From Halochromatium sp. (GTDB lineage: Bacteria > Pseudomonadota > Gammaproteobacteria > Chromatiales > Chromatiaceae), in contig NZ_JBKHDN010000001.1 of NCBI RefSeq assembly GCF_046541315.1, positions 28 to 64,027 of the forward strand: a stretch of DNA of 64,000 bases, in the 5' to 3' direction. Below, piece after piece: positions 19,559 to 31,918 of the stretch (positions are counted from its first letter, which is position 1; every line of letters starts with the position of its first letter). The translations under genes were made by a program, and so were the position numbers. The notes under the pieces are model-generated. The model searched no databases. It saw nothing but the letters and a program-made list of their open reading frames with translations, and had not been told where the DNA came from.

Positions 19559-20209
19559 TCATCCGTCAGGCGCGCGCCCGCAGGCCCCTTCGGGACCGAC
19601 CCGTGCCAACGCATAGCGCACCTGTCCCGCCTGCTTCTCCCGAAGCCACCGCCAATGCCCGGGCACCTGCGGCAGCGGCGTCGCCCGATCGGTCTCGATG
19701 TAGACCAGCGCGCCCACCGTCAGCCAACCGCCCGCGTCCAGTCGCTGCAGCGCGGGCGCGAGCAGGCCGGCGCCAAAGGGGGGGTCCAGGAAACAACAAT
19801 CGACCGGCACCAGCGACGCGCGCGCGAGCCATGCCAGCACGTCGGCACGATAGACGCTCACCTGATCGGCGCCGAGCTCACGCACATTGGCCTTGAGCCG
19901 GTCGGCCACGGCCGCGTTGCGCTCGATCATGGTCACCGACCCGGCACCGCGCGAGGCCGCCTCCAGCCCCAGGGCGCCACTGCCGGCGAAGCAGTCTAGG
20001 ACACGGCAACCCTCGATGCTCGGCGCCAACCAGTTGAACAGGGTTTCGCGAATGCGATCGCTCGTCGGCCGCAGCCCCGGCTGCGCCAGGACCGGTAGCC
20101 GCCGGCCGCGCCAGCGGCCACCGATGAGGCGCAAACGCCCAGGCTCAGTCCTGGCCACCCGTGTCCGCGCCGGGCCGATGCGCCCGTGCCTCGGCCTCCG
20201 CCCCGACAT
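19559..20209 (-). CDS. rsmD: 16S rRNA m2G966 methyltransferase
   Basis: [46 protein letters not shown]; alternative GTG start at 20158. Confidence 0.94.
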   Translation of the reverse strand: MSGRRPRHGRIGPARTRVARTEPGRLRLIGGRWRGRRLPVLAQPGLRPTSDRIRETLFNWLAPSIEGCRVLDCFAGSGALGLEAASRGAGSVTMIERNAAVADRLKANVRELGADQVSVYRADVLAWLARASLVPVDCCFLDPPFGAGLLAPALQRLDAGGWLTVGALVYIETDRATPLPQVPGHWRWLREKQAGQVRYALARVGPEGACGRAPDG

Positions 20210-21587
20210 CGACCTCGACGCTGGCGTCGGTCCCGGGGATGTCGCCGACCATCACCACCGCCAAGCGTTCGGGATCGACCCGGCGGCGAAACGCGTCCCG
20301 AACCTGCTCGGCGCTGAGGGCGCGGATGCGCTCCGGGAAGCTGTCGAGGTAGTCGAGCGGGAGATCGTAGAATCCGATGACCGCCAGATACCGGACGATC
20401 TTGCTGTTGCCGGCGATGCGCAGCGGGAAGCCGCCGGTGATGTTCTTGATCGCCGCCTGCAACGCCTCCTCGGTCGGCCCCTGTTCGACGAATCGCGTCA
20501 GCGTATCCAGTAGCACTTGCCGCGCGCCCTCGGCTTGCGCGTTCTGGGTTTGCAGCCCCATGATCAGCGGACCCGTCCGCGCCAAGGGCATGAAGTAGCT
20601 ATACACGCTATAGGCAAGCCCACGCTTCTCGCGCACCTCCTCCATGAACAGGGAGACCAGCCCGCCGCCCCCGAGGATGTGATTGCCGAGGTAGAGCGCG
20701 AAGTAGTCGGGATCGCCGCGCCGCATGCCGGGCTGGCCAAGGTAGAGATGGGTTTGGCTGGAGGGGAATCCGATCCGTTCTACCTCACCCTCTTCGCGTG
20801 CGGGCACGGGCGGCAAGGATGGCGGGGGCTCGGCGTCGGGAAGCGCGGCCGTGAGACGCGTGGCGAGGGTCTCGGCTTGGGCGCGATCGAGCGCCCCGAC
20901 GAGAGCAACGGTCGCGTTCGCCGCGCCGTAATAGCGCTGGTGGAAGGCACGCAGGTCATCGACGGTCAAGGCAGCGACGCTCGCGGCGGTCCCGCTCGGG
21001 TCCGAGGCATAGGGATGGTCGCCGAAGATCGCCCGATACAATGCCTTGCGTCCGACGCTGCCTGGGTCCTGCTCGTCCAGGCGCAACCCGGTCAAGCGGT
21101 TGCGCCGCACCCGCTCGAACTCGCTGGCGTCGAAGCGCGGTTCGGCGAGCACCTTGATCAGCGTGTCAAGAGCGGTCTCCAGCGCCTCGGACTCGGTCAG
21201 CGAGCGCAGCCGGACGAAGCTGGTATCGCGATCCACGCCGGCGCCGAGTTCGGCCCCCACCGCCTCGATACGCTCGGCGATGGCATCGGCGTCCAGGTCG
21301 CCCGCGCCCTCGCTCAGCATCGCTGCGGTCAACGATGCGAGCCCGGGCCGTTCGCCATCGCGGGCGCTGCCGGCATCGAAGACCACCCGCACATCGACCA
21401 TCGGCAGCTCTGGCGCGGAGACGAACAGCACCTTGGCCCCGGTCGGTGTCCACCAGCGCTGAATCTCCGGCCCCGCCTGCGCATTCTGGATCACGAGCAT
21501 GCCAAGCGCGAGCAGCATGCTCGGCCCGACGGCCCACTTGTTCAGCAGGTGCGTGGTCACCCGGAATTGCCGAGGTCTATTGTACAT
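20145..21587 (-). CDS. M16B peptidase, non-catalytic subunit
   Basis: Lacks HxxEH; has R/Y motif EVREKRGLAYSVYS; hydrophobic signal segment; paired with the next gene. Confidence 0.88.
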   Translation of the reverse strand: MYNRPRQFRVTTHLLNKWAVGPSMLLALGMLVIQNAQAGPEIQRWWTPTGAKVLFVSAPELPMVDVRVVFDAGSARDGERPGLASLTAAMLSEGAGDLDADAIAERIEAVGAELGAGVDRDTSFVRLRSLTESEALETALDTLIKVLAEPRFDASEFERVRRNRLTGLRLDEQDPGSVGRKALYRAIFGDHPYASDPSGTAASVAALTVDDLRAFHQRYYGAANATVALVGALDRAQAETLATRLTAALPDAEPPPSLPPVPAREEGEVERIGFPSSQTHLYLGQPGMRRGDPDYFALYLGNHILGGGGLVSLFMEEVREKRGLAYSVYSYFMPLARTGPLIMGLQTQNAQAEGARQVLLDTLTRFVEQGPTEEALQAAIKNITGGFPLRIAGNSKIVRYLAVIGFYDLPLDYLDSFPERIRALSAEQVRDAFRRRVDPERLAVVMVGDIPGTDASVEVDVGAEAEARAHRPGADTGGQD

Positions 21588-23004
21588 GGCGGCCTCCTGC
21601 GGTCTTCGTCGTCGCGCTCGCGGTCTTGTGGTCATCCAATGGCTGCGGATCGAGCACGGCGACAGTGCGGTTCGCGTCCGTCAGATAGCGCCGCGCTACC
21701 GCCTGGATCTGCGCTGGAGTGATCGCCGACAGCCGCTCGACCGTTTGCTCGACGAGTTCCCAACCAAGCCCGACGGTCTCGTACTGTCCGAGCAACATGG
21801 CCTGATAGAACACGCTGTCGCGCTCGTAGACCTTATCGGCGATCAGCTGACTGCGGATACGCGCGAGCTCCTGCTCGCTCACCGGTTCGGCCCGCAACCG
21901 CTCGAGCTGGGCGAGGATCGCCTGCTCCAGGGTGTCGAGCGAGGTGCCGGTGGCCGGCGTGGCATCGATCAGCAGCATCCCCGGGAGACGCGTGAAGGCG
22001 TTGTAGCTGGCCCCGACTGCGGCAGCCAGCCGCTCGCCGCGCACCAGTTCGCGGCTGAAGCGCGAACTCGAGCCCGCATCCAGCACCGAGGCCAGCATCT
22101 CCAGCGCATAGGGCTCCCATGACTGCTCGGCATCGCTCAGTGCCGGCGTCTTCCAGCCCATCAATAGGTAGGGCTCATTGGCCGGCGCCGCCACCACCAG
22201 CCGCTTCTCGCCCCGTTGCCTGGGCTCCTCGCGCGGGCGTGGCCGCAGCGCCGGGCCCGGCTCGAGGGCGCCGAAAGAGTCCTCGGCCAGCGCAAAGACC
22301 GCCTCCGGCTCGACGGCGCCGACGACCACCAGGGTCGCGTTGTTCGGCGCGTACCACATGCGATACCAATCGCGCAGGGTCTCGACGTCCATGACCTCGA
22401 GATCGCTCTGCCAGCCGATGATCGGGTGACGATAGGGGGAGGCGGCATAGGCGGTGGCGTTGAAGTGCTCGAAGGTCAGCGCCTCCGGATCATCATCGGT
22501 GCGCAGGCGGCGCTCCTCCTTCACCACCTCGATCTCCTTGACGAATTCATCGGCGGCCAAGGTCAGGTTGCGCATCCGATCCGCCTCGAGCTCGAAGGCG
22601 ATCTCGAGGCGATCTGCGGCCAGGGTCTGGAAATAGGCGGTATAGTCACGGCCGGTAAAGGCGTTCTCATCGCCGCCATTTTCGGCGATGATGCGCGAGA
22701 ACTCGCCGGGCGCGAGCCGTTCCGTGCCCTTGAACATCATGTGCTCGAGGGCATGCGAGACGCCGGTCACGCCGTCGTGCTCGTAACTGGAGCCGACCTT
22801 GTACCAGACCTGAGAGGTGACGATCGGCGCGCGATCGTCGCGTTTCACGAGAATCTTGAGCCCATTGTCTAACACCCGCTCGTGCACCTCGGGGCGCGCG
22901 CCGGCGGCTGCATCATCGGCCCGAGCGGCGCCGAGCGCGGGGGCGACGAGGATCGCCGCCAGCAGCATGAGGACGGAATGTCTCATCATCGGGATTTTGT
23001 CCAT
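21577..23004 (-). CDS. M16B (pitrilysin-family) zinc peptidase, catalytic subunit
   Basis: HALEHMMFKGT (HxxEH), NAFT, EERRLR; signal peptide. Confidence 0.92.
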   Translation of the reverse strand: MDKIPMMRHSVLMLLAAILVAPALGAARADDAAAGARPEVHERVLDNGLKILVKRDDRAPIVTSQVWYKVGSSYEHDGVTGVSHALEHMMFKGTERLAPGEFSRIIAENGGDENAFTGRDYTAYFQTLAADRLEIAFELEADRMRNLTLAADEFVKEIEVVKEERRLRTDDDPEALTFEHFNATAYAASPYRHPIIGWQSDLEVMDVETLRDWYRMWYAPNNATLVVVGAVEPEAVFALAEDSFGALEPGPALRPRPREEPRQRGEKRLVVAAPANEPYLLMGWKTPALSDAEQSWEPYALEMLASVLDAGSSSRFSRELVRGERLAAAVGASYNAFTRLPGMLLIDATPATGTSLDTLEQAILAQLERLRAEPVSEQELARIRSQLIADKVYERDSVFYQAMLLGQYETVGLGWELVEQTVERLSAITPAQIQAVARRYLTDANRTVAVLDPQPLDDHKTASATTKTAGGRHVQ

Positions 23005-23122
23005 CGCATCAATCTAAACTGGCCGGTAAATGGCGACAACGGTGCATTGTTACAATGCACCGGTCGCCTGCCTAGCAGCGCTGGCCGCGACATCGTATCG
23101 ACCGAGGACCCAGAGACCACCC

Positions 23123-24271
23123 ATGTTCGGATTCGGAAAGAAACAACAGCGCCAGGCCGACACCCAGGACGCGCCCAAGGACGCGCCCAAGGACGCGGGC
23201 GACGACCCGCAGTCGAGTAGAGCGCCGCTCGCGCAGCCAGTCCCGGAGCCAGCGGGCGCGGACAGGCCACCCGACGCGACGCCCGGACAGGGACGCCTCG
23301 GCGAGGCGATCGCCCGCGCCGCGACCCAACGCGAGGAAGAGGCGGCCCAGCAGCGGCGCCTCTTCGCTGGACTCAAGGCCGGCCTCGCGCGCACGCGCGC
23401 GGTGCTCAACGCCGACATTGGCGACCTGGTCTCCGGCCGCACCGAGATCGACGACGATCTGCTCGAAGAGCTTGAGATGCTCTTGTTGGCGGCCGATGTC
23501 GGCATGCCGGCCACGCGCCGCATCATCGACGATCTGGCCTATCGCGTAAAACGCCGCGAGGCACTGGAGCCGGACACCTTCCTCGCCGCGCTGCGCCGCG
23601 AGCTGGCCAGTCTCCTGGTCGCCAACCAAGCGCCGGTGCGACAGCCGGCGCCGGGCCGGCCGCAGGTGATCCTGATGGTCGGTGTCAATGGCGCCGGCAA
23701 GACCACCACCATCGGCAAGCTCGCGCGCCAGCTCAAGGACGAGGGCAACAGCGTCATGCTCGCGGCCGGCGACACCTTTCGCGCCGCCGCTGTCGAACAG
23801 CTGCAGGCCTGGGGCGAGCGCAATCAGGTGCCGGTGATCGCGCAGCACACCGGCGCCGATCCGGCCTCGGTGATCTACGACGCGCTCCAGGCCGCGACCG
23901 CACGCGGCATCGATGTGCTGATCGCTGATACCGCCGGACGCCTGCATACCAAATCGAACCTGATGGAGGAACTGCGCAAGATCGCCCGCGTGCTCAAGAA
24001 GCTCGATGCCGACGCGCCGCACGAGGTGATGCTGGTGGTCGACGCCACCGCCGGGCAGAACGCGCTGCAGCAGGCCCTGCAGTTCAACGACACCCTGCCG
24101 CTGACCGGCATCACCCTGACCAAGCTCGACGGCACCGCCAAGGGCGGCATCATCTTCGCCATCGCCGAGCGCCTGCAAGTGCCATTCCGCTTCATCGGCG
24201 TCGGCGAACAGGTCGAGGACCTGCGGCCGTTCGAGGCCGAGGCCTTCCTGAATGCCCTACTGAGTCCGTGA
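23123..24271 (+). CDS. ftsY: Signal recognition particle receptor FtsY
   Basis: Start ATG 23123 (MFGFGKK); GVNGAGKTTT, DTFRAAA, DTAGR, TKLDGTAKGG. Confidence 0.97.
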   Translation: MFGFGKKQQRQADTQDAPKDAPKDAGDDPQSSRAPLAQPVPEPAGADRPPDATPGQGRLGEAIARAATQREEEAAQQRRLFAGLKAGLARTRAVLNADIGDLVSGRTEIDDDLLEELEMLLLAADVGMPATRRIIDDLAYRVKRREALEPDTFLAALRRELASLLVANQAPVRQPAPGRPQVILMVGVNGAGKTTTIGKLARQLKDEGNSVMLAAGDTFRAAAVEQLQAWGERNQVPVIAQHTGADPASVIYDALQAATARGIDVLIADTAGRLHTKSNLMEELRKIARVLKKLDADAPHEVMLVVDATAGQNALQQALQFNDTLPLTGITLTKLDGTAKGGIIFAIAERLQVPFRFIGVGEQVEDLRPFEAEAFLNALLSP

Positions 24272-24936
24272 TCCGGTTCGAGCACGTCAACAAGCGCTAT
24301 CCGCAGCGCGGCGACGCCCTCAAGGATCTGAGTCTCGAACTCGCCGCCGGCGAGATGGTCTTCTTGACCGGCCACTCGGGCGCCGGCAAGAGTACCCTGC
24401 TGAAACTGATCGGCCTGCTCGAACGCCCGAGCCGCGGCCGCATCCTCGTCGATGGCCGCTCGCTCGCGGATCTGCCGCGGCGGCGCATCCCCGACCATCG
24501 CCGCGGCCTCGGCATGATCTTCCAGGATCACCGGCTGCTGAACGATCGCACGGTCTACGACAATGTCGCCCTGCCGCTGGTGGTGGCCGGCCTGTCCAAG
24601 CGCGAGGTCGGTCGGCGCGTGCGCGCGGCGCTCGATCAAGTCGGTCTGCTCGCCCTCGAGCGCGCGCAGCCGATCGCGCTCTCCGCCGGCGAGCAGCAGC
24701 GCGTCGGCATCGCCCGCGCGGTGGTCGCGCGGCCGCCGATCATCCTCGCCGACGAGCCCACCGGCAATCTCGATCCGGATCTGTCGAGCGAGATCTATAC
24801 CCTGTTCGAGCGCTTCCATGAGGTCGGCGTCACCTTGCTCATCGCCACCCACGATCAGGCGCGGGTCAGCCGCATGGCGCACCGCATCCTGCGGCTGCAC
24901 CAAGGTCGACTGGTCGCCGACTCGGGGAACTGGTAG
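24268..24936 (+). CDS. ftsE: Cell division ATP-binding protein FtsE
   Basis: [26 protein letters not shown]; lies between ftsY and ftsX. Confidence 0.96.
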   Translation: MIRFEHVNKRYPQRGDALKDLSLELAAGEMVFLTGHSGAGKSTLLKLIGLLERPSRGRILVDGRSLADLPRRRIPDHRRGLGMIFQDHRLLNDRTVYDNVALPLVVAGLSKREVGRRVRAALDQVGLLALERAQPIALSAGEQQRVGIARAVVARPPIILADEPTGNLDPDLSSEIYTLFERFHEVGVTLLIATHDQARVSRMAHRILRLHQGRLVADSGNW

Positions 24937-25917
24937 ATGGCGAGACGCCGCTTTCCCGTGAATCGCCGCCAGGCTCGTAACCCCGGCCGGCCTCGTCGGC
25001 GTCTCTCGGCCTGGCTCGAACACCATCGAGAGACCGCGCTCGAGACCCTGCGGCGGCTGCTCCGGCAGCCGTTGGCCACGCTGATGACGGTCGCTGCGGT
25101 CGCCATTGCCTTGGCCTTGCCGACCGCGCTGGTGGTGGCGCTCGACAACCTCAAGACGCTTGGCGGCGACTGGCGGCGCAGCGCCGCAGTGTCGGTGTTC
25201 CTGCGCCAAGATCTCGACGAGGCCGAAGGCGCGCGGCTGAGCGAGCGCATCGCGCAGCGCCCGCAGGTCGAGGCGGTGACGCTGATCAGCCGCGCCGATG
25301 GACTGGCCGAGTTTCGTGCCTATAGCGGCCTCGGCGGCGCCTTGGATCAGCTCGACGAGAATCCCCTGCCGGTGGTGCTCGAACTCCAACTGCGCCCCTC
25401 GGCGCTGGAGCCCGCGCGCTTGGCGCCCTTCCTCGCCACCATCGAGGCCCTGCCCGAGGTCGCCTTCCTGCGCGAGGATGCGCAATGGGCGCAACGCTTC
25501 CAGGCCATCCTGGGCCTGCTCCGCGCCGGCGTCGCCCTGCTCGCGTTGCTGCTTGGCCTCGGCGTGCTGCTGGTGATCGGCAATACCATCCGGCTCGAGA
25601 TCGAGAACCGCCGCGACGAGATCCACATCATGGGCCTGGTGGGCGCCACCAACGGTTTCGTCCGCCGCCGCTTCCTCTATAGTGGGGCCTGGTATGGGCT
25701 CCTCGGCGGTCTCCTCGCCTGGCTCTTGGTCAACCTGATGGTCTGGCTGCTCGCCGACCAAGCCGCCTCCCTGGCCAATCTTTACCAGCGTGGGTTCGCG
25801 TTGCGGGGGCTCGGTCTCGCCGACGCCGCCCTCCTGCTCGCCGGTAGCGCGCTGCTCGGCATCCTCGGCAGCTGGATCGCCGTCGGCCGCCATCTTGATA
25901 TCGATGACGAGCGCTGA
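24937..25917 (+). CDS. ftsX: Cell division permease FtsX
   Basis: 4-TM layout, ENPLP, IGNTIRLEIENRRDEI...LVGAT. Confidence 0.95.
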   Translation: MARRRFPVNRRQARNPGRPRRRLSAWLEHHRETALETLRRLLRQPLATLMTVAAVAIALALPTALVVALDNLKTLGGDWRRSAAVSVFLRQDLDEAEGARLSERIAQRPQVEAVTLISRADGLAEFRAYSGLGGALDQLDENPLPVVLELQLRPSALEPARLAPFLATIEALPEVAFLREDAQWAQRFQAILGLLRAGVALLALLLGLGVLLVIGNTIRLEIENRRDEIHIMGLVGATNGFVRRRFLYSGAWYGLLGGLLAWLLVNLMVWLLADQAASLANLYQRGFALRGLGLADAALLLAGSALLGILGSWIAVGRHLDIDDER

Positions 25918-25928
25918 AGCAGGCACGC

Positions 25929-25955
25929 GAACTTGTCGCCCAAGATGCCATCAAA
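25929..25955 (+). promoter_or_regulatory. sigmaE (RpoE) promoter 1 upstream of rpoH
   Basis: GAACTT-N16-TCAAA, exact RpoE consensus. Confidence 0.7.
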
Positions 25956-26017
25956 GCCGGCGAAGACGATGCTCGCTGGATCGCATCGATATGCCGGGTT
26001 GTCTACCCTTTGCCACA

Positions 26018-26045
26018 GGAACTTTCCGTTCAAAACCCGCACAAA
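26018..26045 (+). promoter_or_regulatory. sigmaE (RpoE) promoter 2 upstream of rpoH
   Basis: GGAACTT-N16-ACAAA. Confidence 0.55.
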
Positions 26046-26091
26046 AACCCTGTCGCGACTATTGTCAAACGTCGCAAACGCTGCTAGCATC

Positions 26092-26116
26092 AATCCTGAG
26101 TAAAACACTAGGGTAT
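26092..26116. promoter_or_regulatory. IscR type-1-like box immediately before the rpoH start
   Basis: Reverse complement ATACCCTAGTGTTTTACTCAGGATT matches ATASYYGACTRwwwYAGTCRRSTAT at 20/25 positions. Confidence 0.45.
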
Positions 26117-26122
26117 GTCATC

Positions 26123-26971
<849 letters not shown>

Positions 26972-27145
26972 CGACGCCAAGGCTCGGGCTGGCGCATCGG
27001 CGAGCGCCAGCCCCCAGTCCGGCCACGCGCGTGACAACGACGCTGCCAGGCGAGGACCGCCCCCTGCAAGAGCGCACGGCACCAGGCGCGCGTGACAACG
27101 ACCACACAGTCTCCTGATCGACGGTTCCATCGCGAGCGCCCACCG

Positions 27146-28699
27146 ATGACCTCTATGATCCTTGCCTTCGCGCGCGCCCAGGCGCGTATCGCGGTGGGCC
27201 TCCTCGCCTGCGGCCTCCTCGTCACGCCGCTGGCAGCCGCCGCGACAGTCCCGGCAACCCCATTGATGACGCTCTACAAGTTCAACGGCCCGCTGGAGAT
27301 CCCGTACTACGAGATCGGCCCCAATGGCCCAGGCCGAGCGGTCGGTCGCCTGCCGCAGGGAACCGCCGTCATCCCCTGTCTGGTGGTTCGCGACGGCCGC
27401 GCGCTCACCGATGCCGAAGGCACCCCTTACGTGGGCTTCGAGGTCGTCGTCAACCCGGCCGAGGACAAGGGCGAGCGTGCCAGGACGCGCTTCGAGCGGG
27501 CCTTTGCCGAGCGCGAATCGCTCCGGGTCGAGAACCACCATTGCGACGATTCCGTGCGCCATGTGCTCAATGTGCGCGACCTCTATATCCTGCGCAAGCC
27601 GCCCTTCTTTGCTCCGCCCGGCCAGGGCGATGCGGCCGTCGCCGAGCGGCAGGGGCACAGCCAGCTGGATAAGATCGTGCGCGTCTTCCACAACTCGCCC
27701 GAGTGCGCCTCGGTCGACGCCGCCCTGCTCGGGCGGCGGGCGCGACTCGCGCTGGCCTGGGACCGCTTCATCGACAGGCACCAGGGGCGCTGGGACCACA
27801 CCGCGCTGGCCCGCGCCAAACACCTCGATTACAGCCTGCGCACGGCCATCTATGAGGGGCATCTCGATCGTGGTTGCTCGGCCTACGGCGCCTGTGAGCG
27901 CAATGTGGTGGTGCTCTCGATCCGTAACCGCGGCGTCGGTCAATGCCTGCAACGTCAGGGCTGCCGATTTCCAGGCGATTTCCAGGGCATCGCCTCCGAT
28001 GTCTCGCAATACAATATCTGGGATGCCTACCTGACCCAGATCTCCGGGCTCACCTCCTGTTATCTGCGCACCGACCTCGCCCAGCACGAGCATTACGAGC
28101 GTATCCAGGCCATGTACGCGCAGAGCGTCGGCGCTGCCGAGACCATCCTCTACGGCGGCACGCCGGCGCTGGCGACGGTATTCCCGGGCACCCCGCTGGA
28201 TGCGCTGACCGAGCTACGCCATTACTACCATCCGCCGGCGATGGGTAAATGCTTTCCGCAGTATGATCGGATCGAGTACCTGTCCGGCGCTGTCGCCAAC
28301 AAGGGCGCCGATCACGTCTTGCTCGCGAACCAGCGCATCCAGGTCGGGGACCGGATCGGCAGCGGTTATCGGTTCGAGGAGTTTCGCTTCGAGCAAAAGG
28401 GGCTGATCGATGCCGTGCGCATCGAGGACAACTACCCCGGCTTCATCGTCGACGCGCGTAAGGTCCGCTTGAGCGGCGGTCGCGGCTGCACGCCTTATGG
28501 CGTCTCCAGCGGCTGCCGCTTTTCCCGCATCGGCCGCTACCGGCGCACGCCGAGTTGGCTCAATGTCGGCCAGCCGCTGGCCATCAACTGCCGCGTCGAG
28601 GATCGCGGCGCCTCGTGCGACGACAGTGGCCGCGAGCGACGGATCACCGTCGGCGGCGCCTGCGATGTCGACATGATGCCGGTCGCGCGGGTGCGTTAG
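27146..28699 (+). CDS. Hypothetical cysteine-rich exported protein
   Basis: Signal peptide ending PLAAAA; about 15 Cys in the mature part; codon usage like a real gene; no recognised family. Confidence 0.75.
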   Translation: MTSMILAFARAQARIAVGLLACGLLVTPLAAAATVPATPLMTLYKFNGPLEIPYYEIGPNGPGRAVGRLPQGTAVIPCLVVRDGRALTDAEGTPYVGFEVVVNPAEDKGERARTRFERAFAERESLRVENHHCDDSVRHVLNVRDLYILRKPPFFAPPGQGDAAVAERQGHSQLDKIVRVFHNSPECASVDAALLGRRARLALAWDRFIDRHQGRWDHTALARAKHLDYSLRTAIYEGHLDRGCSAYGACERNVVVLSIRNRGVGQCLQRQGCRFPGDFQGIASDVSQYNIWDAYLTQISGLTSCYLRTDLAQHEHYERIQAMYAQSVGAAETILYGGTPALATVFPGTPLDALTELRHYYHPPAMGKCFPQYDRIEYLSGAVANKGADHVLLANQRIQVGDRIGSGYRFEEFRFEQKGLIDAVRIEDNYPGFIVDARKVRLSGGRGCTPYGVSSGCRFSRIGRYRRTPSWLNVGQPLAINCRVEDRGASCDDSGRERRITVGGACDVDMMPVARVR

Positions 28700-28798
28700 G
28701 GGCTGTCCCCAGGGCGGGAAAACCGGCATAATCCAGCGCTTTCCCGAACCGACCTGCCTTTGGCAGATGGCAGGCGGATAACCAAGGGGGAGTCGCGT

Positions 28799-29584
28799 AT
28801 GCCATACGACAGCCATCTTTATCAGATCTTGGCCCCGAACCCGGCGCTGGTCGCGTCACAACTCGATCCGGAGGCCTTCGCCAAGCATTACACCGCAGGC
28901 TCGGTGCGTTATTACGCTGGCAAGGTGGTATTCGCGGAGATCGATCTCGATTACCGCCACCCCTATTTCAAGATCGACGACGCGCTCGCGGCCTTGCAGC
29001 CACACCCGGACGGCCGGCCGAAGGCGACCAAGTTCATCTCCACCTACCGGGTGCTCGAGCACATCGATCTCGAGGCCATTCAGCGCCTCTTCCTGAGCAC
29101 GCCGGAAGGCTATACCCTCGGACTCGCGCCGGCGCCTTACGACAAGACCCACGAGGCCGGCTTCCTGCGCATCTACGCCAATATCGCGCCGCTGCGCATG
29201 CTGGTGATGTCACGGCTCGATTTTCCCGCCTTTGGCAAGTACATCACCGATCCGGACTTCCCCAAGGGCGCGCCGAAACAGTTCTACACCCAGGTCGACC
29301 TGGATATCGAGCACTTCCTCGAGGAATTCGAGGAGCGCCCGACCATGCACCCGCCGATCCCCGGTTTGCATCCCTCGAATCTGCGCGCCGCCATCATGGA
29401 GCTGCGCGCCGAGCCGAGCAAGCTGACCAAGGGGCTGCGTCTCGACAGCGCCTTCGACACCATTCCCTACAAGGTCATTCGCCACGGTTTCATGTTCGCC
29501 TCGCAAGAGGCGACCCGTTTCTTCCCGATGCCAACGCTGGATGAGATCGAGGCGACCCATTATCGCTTCTGGCGCGCCATGTGA
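28799..29584 (+). CDS. Hypothetical protein with two-fold internal repeat
   Basis: GGGGGAG RBS, ATG 28799; N- and C-halves resemble each other. Confidence 0.8.
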   Translation: MPYDSHLYQILAPNPALVASQLDPEAFAKHYTAGSVRYYAGKVVFAEIDLDYRHPYFKIDDALAALQPHPDGRPKATKFISTYRVLEHIDLEAIQRLFLSTPEGYTLGLAPAPYDKTHEAGFLRIYANIAPLRMLVMSRLDFPAFGKYITDPDFPKGAPKQFYTQVDLDIEHFLEEFEERPTMHPPIPGLHPSNLRAAIMELRAEPSKLTKGLRLDSAFDTIPYKVIRHGFMFASQEATRFFPMPTLDEIEATHYRFWRAM

Positions 29585-29701
29585 CGGTATCGCCCTCGCG
29601 GTGGACGCGGGCTGCTCCAGGCCACCGCCGCGTCAGCGGCTCGACCCGCTGAACATGACAACGACAACGATTCGAGCGAGAAGGAGAGTCATCTGAATAC
29701 C

Positions 29702-31723
<2,022 letters not shown>

Positions 31724-31918
31724 TCCATCGACCACGTCGTTCGACTGCTTCCCGATGCGAGAGCCACTGTCCAGCCCTCCTCGGGAAGCAGCCAATGGAC
31801 AATCGCACAGGCATACGCCGACACCGGGCAACCGGCGTCGGTTTCATTTATTCATGGTCGGCCTCGCGCGCGCTTGCCCGGCGAGGATCGGGCGATGGCC
31901 GCAGACTACTGCCGCAGA

